A DNA stretch of 64,000 nt, from positions 1 to 64,000 of the forward strand of contig NIVC01002503.1 in NCBI GenBank assembly GCA_002269645.1, read 5' to 3'. Shown piece after piece: positions 46,601 through 56,900 of this stretch (its first letter is position 1; each line of letters begins with the position of its first letter). This DNA is from Macrostomum lignano (taxonomy: Eukaryota). The translations under genes were made by a program, and so were the position numbers. Below the pieces are notes generated by a model, which worked only from the letters and a program-made list of their open reading frames with translations, was not told the origin of the DNA and did not search any database.

Positions 46601-49600
46601 TTTATGTACCTAAACTTCAATAGAGGCATAGGGGTCTATTTTAGATTAGGTAGATAAATTTGGAGACTAAGAGTGTCTAGGGAAAAAATTGTAATGCAGC
46701 TTAAATTAAAAATTCTGAAATTTATCAAATACCTCTATAGAGAAAAAGTTATAATCTTAGCAATCTATTTGATATCAGCAGCTATAGTTACCTTTTAGAA
46801 TAGAGACAACAATGCAAATTAGTAGAAATTAAGTATAGGTAAACAAGTAAAGAATGTACAGCTACTAGCTAGGCCTAGTCACAACCATAAGAGAATGACT
46901 GCAAATCAAAAGCAAGAGTTGAAAGGGTGGCAAACTGTGAATCAGCATTTTTTAAAAACACTAATTTAATGTGGTACTCTCATTGCACTTTAACAAACTG
47001 AATAAAGAAAGGTTAGAATAGACACTCTTTTTATTGGAGTTAAAATCTAACCCTCCAAATGTTTTTTTTGAATGAATTCATTAATCTGAGGAAAATATTT
47101 ATCTTTAAAAGTCATGATTCTAATAAAAGTTGAATTTTCAAATATACAATTCTCCAAAACTAACATACAGGATTAACAAATTGAGCTCCGGTTAACTTTG
47201 AAGATATATTTTGCAGTTTTCTTTGTTTTATTATCATTTTGGACAGCCTCCAAGACTCTGGCAAAAGGTTTATAAAAATTGGAAAATTGCAAGTATTTTA
47301 TACATACCTAAAGTTCAAGAAGTCCCTAATTTGAAAAAAAATATTTAAACATTTCAAAAAGAATACTAGTTTCTCAATTTTTGATAAGAATGTTTTTATC
47401 TTTTGAGAAATAATGTAATCAAATAAAAAAGAGCTTACAATAAAAGATTTGATGCTTTTCATTTTCCTGCTAATTCTGGTTCTGGAATGGGAATTTTTCT
47501 GGTTTTGGAAGCAATCTTTATGAAAAGTCTATTGTTGCACACATTTTCTTAAAAAGTCTTGTGGTGCATATATGCCTGGATTATTGTATATAGGGCTTTA
47601 CTATATGTTGTATATATTACTTATTTAAATTTTAAAAGGCTTTACCCCACTTGTATAACTATAAACATAAAAAAGTAAAATGTAAAAATGTATTATTTTC
47701 TCAAAATGATAATAGCCTTATAAAAATATATGTAATTTTTTAAATAAATATATATTTAATAATGCCAGAATAAGCTTAGGGGCTAGAAGATTATATACTT
47801 ATTGCTAGCATACCTGGCACACTATTGATTTTGCCTAATATACCTGGCATACAATCTAAAAGATTTTTGGGTAACTTCTAGTGCACATGTAATGTAATAT
47901 GATCCTGACTATTCTGTTGGCATCCTGACACAGTTTAGCACAAGATAGAGGGTGTCTAATGTGGTTTAGACCTTTGCTACAATAGGGGTAGCAGATCTAG
48001 ATTAGAGGGGACAGGAAGTGGTTGCCCATATTAGGGTAAGTATAGTATATGCAGGAAAATTCTACTGTATAAATGATTTAGCTAATGTTTTAATACATAT
48101 GATATACAAGGAGGAAATATAATTTTCTGGCATACAAGCTGACAAGCATAATCATTGGCTTATAATTCTTAACTATACGTTTTCAAGTTTGTAGCACAGC
48201 ATACAAAAGCATTGAAATATGTGTCATGATTGCATAAATTATGCTAAACAATCATTGTAGCAAATTTAATTTCAAAATTACAATAAAAAATTTTGTTTAT
48301 ACCTCAATCAATAATATATATACCCTATTTTGTTTTACTAATTTTTCTATTTGTTGTATAATATTTGTTTTTTTCTGCAGCAATTTTTGCCATGCCTACT
48401 GCTAGTTGCATAAGTCAAATTTCAGGATGCAATTTGGAAAGGCAGGATATTATATAGCACCTTTATTGTATAAACAAGCCTAAAAAACCTACATGTAGGC
48501 TGGGTTTTTTTGCTAGTGCTTAGATTCAAAATTGCATCCAAGGTCTAATTTTAGGATGCAATTTTGAAAGTCAGGATGCTATACTATCTGGTATCCCTAT
48601 TCCCTATTGAACAAAAAACCTAGGCTTAAAGTATATAGTGCAAGCTAAAGGATCAGGGAGAAGCATGCAGTACCAGCTGAAGGATCAGAGAGAAGCATGT
48701 AGTACCAGCTGAAGGATCAGGGAGAAGCATGCAGTACCAGCTGAAGGATCAGGGAGAAGCATGTTGTGCCAGCTAAAGGATCAGGGAGAAGCATGCAGTG
48801 CCAGCTAAAGGATCAGGGAGAAGCATGTTGTGCCAGCTAAAGGATCAGGGAGAAGCATGCAGTAAAAGGTTCTCCCTGATGATCCTAAAGGATCAGGGAG
48901 AAGCTGCAGTACCAGCTAAATGATCAGGGAGAAGCATGCAGTACCAGCTGAAGGATCAGGGAGAAGCATGCAGTACCAGCTGAAGGATCAGGGAGAAGCA
49001 TGCAGTACCAGCTAAAGGATCAGGGAGAAGCAGTACGAGCTTGTATTAGAGCATTATCTTAGAACCATTCTAAAACTATTCGAAATTCGAAAGTAATCGT
49101 TAAGAGCAAAATTGTTTTATGACTCCTTAGCAATAAGAGCAGAGCATGTTCTACATGGATCTTCACCAAATTTTTCTAGTCTCGAAGCCGGCCCCAGCAT
49201 TCAGCGGTACAGCCGTCATCAACCGCCAGATGAAGGAGATTAAACTGTCGGACTACAAAGGCAAATACCTTGTCTTCTTTTTCTATCCGTTGGATTTCAC
49301 CTTTGTCTGTCCAACCGAGATCATAGCATTCAGCGATCGGGTTAACGATTTCCGCAAAATCAACACCGAAGTTGTGGCCGCCTCGGTTGACAGTCCGTTC
49401 ACTCACCTGGCCTGGCTGAAGACTCCGCGCGATAAAGGCGGCCTTGGCGATCTGCAGATTCCACTGCTGTCCGATCTGACCCATCAGGTATTTATAAATC
49501 AGAGAGCTTGATCTTTTCTCTCAGGTGTGAGATTCCATGAGTGAGTTCTCAAATCTCAGGTGCGAGATTCCATCAGTTCTCAAATCTCAGGTGTGAGATT

Positions 49601-50331
49601 CCATGAGTCAGTTCTCAAATCTCAGGTGTGAGATTCCATGAGTCAGTTCTCAAATCTCAGGTGTGAGATTCCATGAGTGAGTTCTCAAATCTCAGGTGCG
49701 AGATTCCATGAGTGAGTTCTCAAATCTCAGGTGTGAGATTCCATGAGTGAGTTCTCAAATCTCAGGTGTGAGATTCCATGAGTGAGTTCTCAAATCTCAG
49801 GTGTGAGATTCCATGAGTGAGTTCTCAAATCTCAGGTGTGAGATTCCATGAGTGAGTTCTCAAATCTCAGGTGTGAGATTCCATGAGTGAGTTCTCAAAT
49901 CTCAGGTGTGAGATTCCATGAGTGAGTTCTCAAATCTCAGGTGTGAGATTCCATCAGTTCTCAAATCTCAGGTGTGAGATTTCATCAGTTCTCGAATCTC
50001 AGGCTACCTTATTAAAGTAGACTATCTAACCATAAAACCAAATCATTACCAGATTGCCAAAGACTATGGCGTCTATCTGGAATCAGCCGGTCACAGTCTC
50101 CGCGGCCTCTTCATCATTGACGACAAAGGCGTGCTCAGGCAGATCACTATGAACGACCTGCCCGTTGGTCGCTCGGTTGACGAGACCCTTCGACTAGTGC
50201 AGGCGTTCCAGTACACTGACAAGCACGGCGAGGTTTGCCCGGCTGGCTGGCGTCCAGGTGCCGCCACCATCATCCCGGATCCGGAGAAGAAGGAAGAGTA
50301 TTTCCGCAAGACACACGGCGGCGATCTGTGA
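43677..50331 (+). CDS. PRDX4: Peroxiredoxin-4 (secretory-pathway 2-Cys Prx), 3 exons, 248 aa: 43677-43836, 49180-49487, 50053-50331
   Basis: A hydrophobic signal peptide is followed by [28 protein letters not shown] (Prx4-specific N-terminus), [26 protein letters not shown] and the YF motif. Splice phases are compatible. Confidence 0.95.
44045..45256. mobile_element. Non-autonomous DNA transposon (1212 bp) with 16-bp TIRs and 8-bp TSD, superfamily unassigned
   Basis: TIRs CCATAGTGCGGAAGGA / TCCTTCCGCACTATGG. TSD CTTGCAAG (44037-44044, 45257-45264). Repeated subterminal TGTCGTAC motifs. No transposase ORF seen. Confidence 0.85.
45504..47912. mobile_element. Older degenerate TIR element(s): outer IR ATAGTCAGGATCAT, inner IR CCCATTC(T/C)AGAACCAGAAT at 46105 and 47491
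   Basis: 14-bp perfect outer IR and an 18/19 inner IR, plus further inverted similarity between ~46262-46290 and ~47297-47327. No clean TSD. Confidence 0.5.
48645..49030. repeat. 32-bp minisatellite GAAGGATCAGGGAGAAGCATGCAGTACCAGCT
   Basis: About 12 copies near the 3' end of PRDX4 intron 1. Confidence 0.93.
49515..50003. repeat. 35-bp minisatellite with internal hairpin AATCTCA-GGTG-TGAGATT (~14 copies)
   Basis: Direct reading. It fills PRDX4 intron 2. Confidence 0.95.
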
Positions 50332-53300
50332 GCGCGGATTGGATGTGTTTTCTCTTAAAGTACATTCATTTTTTGCGTCTAGATTAAAGTGCTGCGAACT
50401 GGAGTCTCTTAGGAGTATTTTCTAATAATTCTCGGGATTTCTTTACGATATTAAGACTGATTTAACTGAAGATGCTTGAATTAATAGTCTTAGTTCCAAA
50501 AAACATTTATCTGTCAAATGTAAAGTCTTTATTCCGAAAGTAGCTGGTTGATAAAAAGGATCTTTTTTGTTGCAAGGATATGGCATGTTTGAGTTAAGAC
50601 TTAAGAGTCTTTGTTTCGAGCGTAGGCTATGCTTGAATTAACAGTCTTGGTTGTTGCACAAATAAGAGTTCTCTGTTAAAGCAGGAGTCTTTGTTTATTG
50701 CTGTATTGGATGAGTAGGAAAAAATTTGTGGTTTTTGTTCAGATAAATGATTTACTACTGGAGCATATTAGATATAAAAAATTACAATTTGGCCATTACG
50801 CACGGATTTTTAGCCGAGTCTCAGTCTATAAGTAATAAGTCAGTTCTAACTTTCATGATCATTACAAGTAGACCTGGCAATGTACACTTTCTGTGTCATT
50901 TTTATTATAGTTGTATTGCATTATCAGATTTGGTTTCCAGTCTTCTCGTCTTTATCGAAAATTTATGAAAATCTATTACTGTATGTGCATCTCTGTACTT
51001 ATTTCTATACTTTATTATATTTTCACTATTCCTGTTTTCCTGATGCGCAATCAATAAATTTTTAAGTAGTCTCGTTCATATTACTTTAAGTAGAATTGAC
51101 CGATTCATTTATTTCAACAATGCAGCCTTAATGTGAAGTCTACTATAATAATTTATTGTTTTACCGTTGTTTCGTGTCTTATTTTATAAAATTAATTAAT
51201 TTTCACCTGTTCGTGTGTTGTGTGTACGGGTTTCCGGTTGAAAGTTTTTTCCCAGTGTTTCTCTTTTTCATTATTACTTTTGCTTTTGTACCATTATTTT
51301 TTCCTTCTCGTTTTTATGTTCAGCTACTGTAAGTAGCGACTAACTAGTTTTTTGTTTTTGCTTTTCTATTCAAAAAGGTTAACGGTTGTTTTGTGTGTTT
51401 GATTGTTTAAAATATATTTCGAAGGTGGATATTGGCACTTGATGAAGAAACAATTGGATTTAGGCATGTTGCATTGTCACGTGACTTGCGGTGCAAAATT
51501 TTTAGACTTTCAAGCTATCAATGCCGCAATTTTTTGCGTCAAAATTAAATACGAACAAGAAAGCTGTGTTTAAATCGTAAAATCCTCATATTCATGTACA
51601 TGTAGCCGAATTAAAATTTTGCCATAAAAATTCAGCATGAAATACCACTATCTGTGAACACTCATCGAGTGGTGGAAGACGTACGCACCCGTGTGGCTTA
51701 GCCAGGGAATCCTATTGGCTCGCTGCGCTCCACAGCGTAGGATACGATTCAAAACAAATAGGATTCCCTGGCTTCGCAAACTGTCAAAGTCAAGCCATGA
51801 ATTAGCCGGCATCAGTCTGCCTGTGCAAGCTAGGTTCGACCCCCACTTTAAGTGTGTTGCAACGGACCTGTCGTATACTACCTTTCCGTGCAGATCAGCA
51901 CTTGATGGATTCTTAGTTTTTTGTCTCCCGTACATGTGCATGTATACACTGTCAATTCCATGGCGACAACTCCCTGTATTAAGTGCGAGTACTATGTAAA
52001 AGGCAACTTTCAGTTTTAAGAAGCGCGATAGAAAGATGTATGAAAGGTGTCAATTTAGTAACGTTTACGCACTTTTCTTAATAATTTAGCTTTTAAAAAG
52101 CTTCATAGCGAGCTAGTGAATTAAAAGCGTTTATTTTGTATTCAAAGTAATTGCTTTTACAGTGATTATCGACTGATTAAAAAACTTAAAGTAACCTATA
52201 ACAGTTTGAAGTGGAACTTTAAGATTTCAAACCTTGGTCAAAACTCATTTGTTTTAAATCTTTATATCTTGCCTTAGTAACACTAAGAAACATTTAAAAT
52301 ATTTTAAATGCCTATCTGAAGATGGAAATTTCAGCTCATTCTGTCTCTTTTGTACCGTAAAACTTAAAAATAAGTTTGATCGTCTAGTCTAGTGACTTAA
52401 TTGAAGTTAAAGGGAATGCTTTCTTATTTATTATTCTGCTAAAAATTGACATACTCTAGCTCAAATCAATCAAACGAATGATTTTGGCATAACTTGATCG
52501 CTTTCTTCATTTGTTGTTTGTTTTATGTTTTTTTTCTGAACGAGACATACATGCAGGAAACATGTATTGATTTTATCAGTCGTTCTTTAGTAATTATCAG
52601 TTCTAGCTCGTATGTGTCGTCTTACATGTACTGCATCTTAAATTTCGTATTAAAGTACATCAACTTGAATGCATTAAACGAATTAGTAATGGTCCTGACA
52701 ATGTGTGTAGCTCATATTAGAATTAACTTTTTATCAAGTGTATACTTCTTATTACAATTCTATTACAATATCTATTTAGTTTTATTTTATGATTTTGAAT
52801 CGTATTATAGTTTCTTATAAGTTATATATTATAATGTACTATACCATCAACAATTATTCTAGATAGTATCACTTTTTATTGTCTTAACATTAGCATTTGT
52901 ATTCTTTATCTCTTCTCTGCTTAAAATAAAATGTAATAAAGTCAAAATGTGACAAGATTTAAAATATATTATATAGTAATGTTGCATGGGCTATAAGAAA
53001 ATAGTAAAAATTAAATGCCCATGTTGCATGTAACTAATTTTTTATGAGTAAATTTTGATGAATAATTTAGATTAATAAAGTATATTTTATGAATCTAAAA
53101 AGTTTTTATTAAGGTAGAAAATAGAGAAATAGAAAAGAGTCGTTTTGTTGATTATATAACAATTCTACTAACAATTTTTACTGTTTTTAGCAAGATAGTT
53201 TTTTAATTGTATTTCTTAGCTTTTAGCTTGACCTGTAGGCCTATACTGTGGCTTTATGGTAATCATAAGTTACTTATTATATTTTATTTGAACATGCATG

Positions 53301-53926
53301 TCAAATAAGCAGTGACACAACTAAAATTTCATTAAAGTAGGCCAAAAGTATGAAGACCCAAGAGGTCAAAAGATGAGAATACATATTTTCAAAAAAGTGC
53401 TTGGTCTTTTCTATAGGCTTCTGTAAAAAGGGGGAGGGCAACTATCTCCCTTATCCTCTGATTGATTGTGTCCCTGGATATAAGCATTATACAATTAGTA
53501 AATCTAATTTGGAAATGTTTTATTGGCATGAAAGTAATTTAAAGCTCTTATTACTTTTAAGTATTCTTAAAAATACTTTGATATTTAAAATTTTAGCTAT
53601 TTAAAAAAATTAAAATGTTGTTATAGTCCCTTGTATTATTCATTGATAGCTTCAAAATATTGAAAAATAGAAGTGTCATTAGTAAAATAATTTTTAATAG
53701 TTTTATTTCATTTTATGTATTCTTTTTACAATATTAGTATAAATAGCTTCTAGAATATGCTTGCTTTTGTTTATCCAAATACAATCATATACAAGATGCT
53801 ATGAATAAATAACAGGAGGCACATTTATTCTGCAAATTGCATGAAAAATTCTTTCAGCAGAAATCCATTCATAGTGAAAGTTAAAGCCTGCAATTCTGAA
53901 AGTCTGCATCACTGACCTATCTCAGC

Positions 53927-56900
53927 ATGGCATCAATGCGCAGAGCCTACCAAGAGCAGCAGGCAAAGCAGCTGCGCACAGAGCAGGCTCGCGAGGATCG
54001 AACAAAGGAGATTCTCAATAACAGGCGGGCGGAGGAGGCCCTGCACAATGATGAGAAGGTTTGTGTGGTTCCAGTCTGGGGGGAGCAGAGCAGGTTTGCT
54101 GCTGCATTTTGTGTGCACAATAATAGGCCATGCGATTTACAGCACAGAGAGTGTACATACCTGACGATTAAAAATCATTAGTCAGCGAAATTGGTAGACT
54201 AGGTAGAATGGAAGTTTAGAAGGCGCCAGTTCGTGGCTGTTAGGGGTGCCAAAGTGGAGTGTCAGAGGTAGGGTGATTTCATATCTCCGAAAAGCTTTAA
54301 CCCTAATGGAGATATAAGGTTTTGGAGTTGTGAAAGATGCTGGTAAACTGAAGTGTCGGAGATATGAAATGTCGGAGTTGTATAGCAAGTTTGTTTTCGA
54401 AAATATGAAGCCACTTTTCAGAAGTGCTTATTAGGGGCTTCCAGTGTGTTTGTGTCCTAAAGCGTCTTGCCAAAATAGCTTCAAGTTACCTTTAACTGCC
54501 ATTTTAAGTAGTCTTGCACTAAAAAACCGCCCTAAAAACGTGCGCAGATTGAAAAGAAGCGCCTACTCCGCCTAGCTGAGCAGCAGCGCCAGGAGCTGGA
54601 GCTGGGCGAGCGCCTATCCCGGGCGGCCGCTGAGCGCCAGATGCGGGACCGGCAGCGGGAGCAGGAGGAGCAGCTGGCCAGACAGTTGGAGCGAGTCAAA
54701 GCAGAGGCCACAAAAGACGAGAAGATGCGACAGCAGGTGGGTACTACTTTTATTTGATCATTAGGGGTATTATTACTATAAATGGCGCAATGTCCATCAA
54801 TTTTTATAAAAAAATCAATTGTGCGCAGATTCGCGAAGGCAGCACTGAAATCCGCGAGCTTGAAGCCAAACTGCGTGCCGCCTACGTTGCCAAAGAGCGC
54901 GCGGCCCAGATGGCCGAGCGCCGGGCGCGCGAATACGACGAGATGCACGGCGACGCCGAACTTGTGCGCCAGATGGCTGAGGAGGCGGAGCGCGCCAAAT
55001 TGGCTGACGAAGAGCGCCGGGTGATCAAGGTCAATATATGTTTGAAATATTTTCTGTTTTCTTTTGTATATTTTTAGACTAGCAGCGATACCCCCTTGAA
55101 GGGGGGACTGCTCACATTGTAACCACTGCAGTTAATTGATTTTAGTATATTGGACTAGCGGTGATGCCCCCATTAAGGGCGACTGCTCGTATTGTACCAC
55201 TGCAGTTAATTGATTTTAGTATATTGGACTAGCGGTGATGCCCCCCTTAAGGGCGACTGCTCGTATTGTACCACTGCAGTTAATTGATTTTAGTATATTG
55301 GACTAGCAACGATGCCCCCTTAAGGGCGACTGCTCGTATTGTACCACTGCAGTTAATTGATTTTAGTATATTGGACTAGCAACGATGCCCCCCTTAAGGG
55401 CGACTGCTCGTATTGTACCACTGCAGTTAATTGATTTTAGTATATTGGACTAGCAGCGATGCCCCCTTAAGGGCGACTGCTCACATTGTGCCACTGTGAT
55501 CTGAATGTTTCTTAATCTGGCTTCGATTGTTAAATTTACATGTCGCCCCTTAACCTCGCCAATCCATCAGGCCAAGGAGAAGGCCGAGTACCAAGCACAG
55601 CTGGAGCGCCAGCTAGAGGACCAGGAGCGCGCCCGTCAGGCCGCCTACGCAGAGTTCCTCAAAGAGAAGCTCATGATCGACGAGATTGTCCGCCGGCTGC
55701 ACGACGAAGACGAGCGCGAGCGTCAGCGCGAGATGGAGAAGCGCCACGCCACTCAGCAGTACATCCGCGAGTTCCAAGCGGAACGCGCCGCCTGGAAGGA
55801 GGCTGAAAGGCGCCGATTGGAGGAAGAGAACGCCAAGATTAAGCGATTCCTTCAGTCGCAGGGCGCTCGCGAGGCGGCCGTCGCGGCCGAGAGGCGCGCA
55901 CGCGAGGAGGCGCAGGATCGCGTCAGGGCGGAGCTGCACGCTCGCATCCAGGCGGAGGAGGCCGCCAAACGGGAGCTGGAAGACGTGAGATGGCGGCTCT
56001 GAGACGCTTTTGTCTTTGGAATTGTTTTGCTTAAAGGACAAATTTGCATTAACTCGTTCGTTCCAGGTTGACCCAGGTTGACTTTGAGGCTCAGATATAA
56101 TATCAGATTGCAGTAGCACTTACCCTTAGGCACAGCTACTAAATGTAGAATAACTAGATAGGCCACTCAGCACAATTGCGTGTAAGCTACTGTTAGTTCA
56201 GTAGTAAGTTAAACAGAAGCATTTTATTGTATTTTTAAAGCCTCAGGCTCTAAAGCCAAGGCTTATTTATTGGCTCTTACCCACCCAACTTAAACCCCCA
56301 ACCGCGCCTTTCCACACTACCCCCCCACCCGCCCCAATTTTATTGCCTTTCTCGGAATTCCAGCCTAAAGTTTCAGTGTTTCAGTGTTCATTGGCCAGTA
56401 CATTTCAGTGTACTGGCCAATGTACATTATTGCTGAACCAATTAGCAAGTTGTTTACGCCTGCAAGCTTGGGCTTCTAAACTTATCAAAGTCATTTCAGC
56501 CGCCTAGTTTTTATAAAATAGCTTATGTATTCTTCTTTGCTACTGAACTGAAAGTAGAAAGCTGTTTTACTGGCTCCCAGGGTTGATCCCGTTAGTCGTT
56601 TAAGCAACAAAATATTGCAAAAGTCTGCATAAGTAAACAGCAAGAGTAACTATACCTTTCGTTGCTAAAAAGTAAGCCTCGCCACATTATTAGCAAAATA
56701 CCGATATGACTTCGACGGTAAACGGCAAGAGTAACCAAGCCTGTATATGCTTCGTCGTCTAATTAACCATTCAATCGACGCCCACCGCAACCATTCTAAG
56801 GTTCGCCAAGAGCTCGTCGAAGAGGAGGCCGCCGCTCGGGCTCGCCGAGCCGAGCGCGATGAGGCCGAACGTCGAATCCGACAGCGGCTGGAGATGCGCG

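Noticed and set aside
48870-48890. CTGATGA as a hammerhead ribozyme core
   Set aside because: No GAAA partner or three-stem arrangement. It is explained by the micro-inversion.
49515-50003. CRISPR array (35-bp palindromic repeat; likewise the 32-46-bp arrays)
   Set aside because: Units are contiguous with no unique spacers, there are no cas genes, and the context is a eukaryotic intron.
54540-54832. Identical acceptor context GTGCGCAG|ATT at two consecutive MNS1 exons
   Set aside because: An 11-nt match partly forced by the splice consensus. There is no wider similarity to suggest exon duplication or introner activity.
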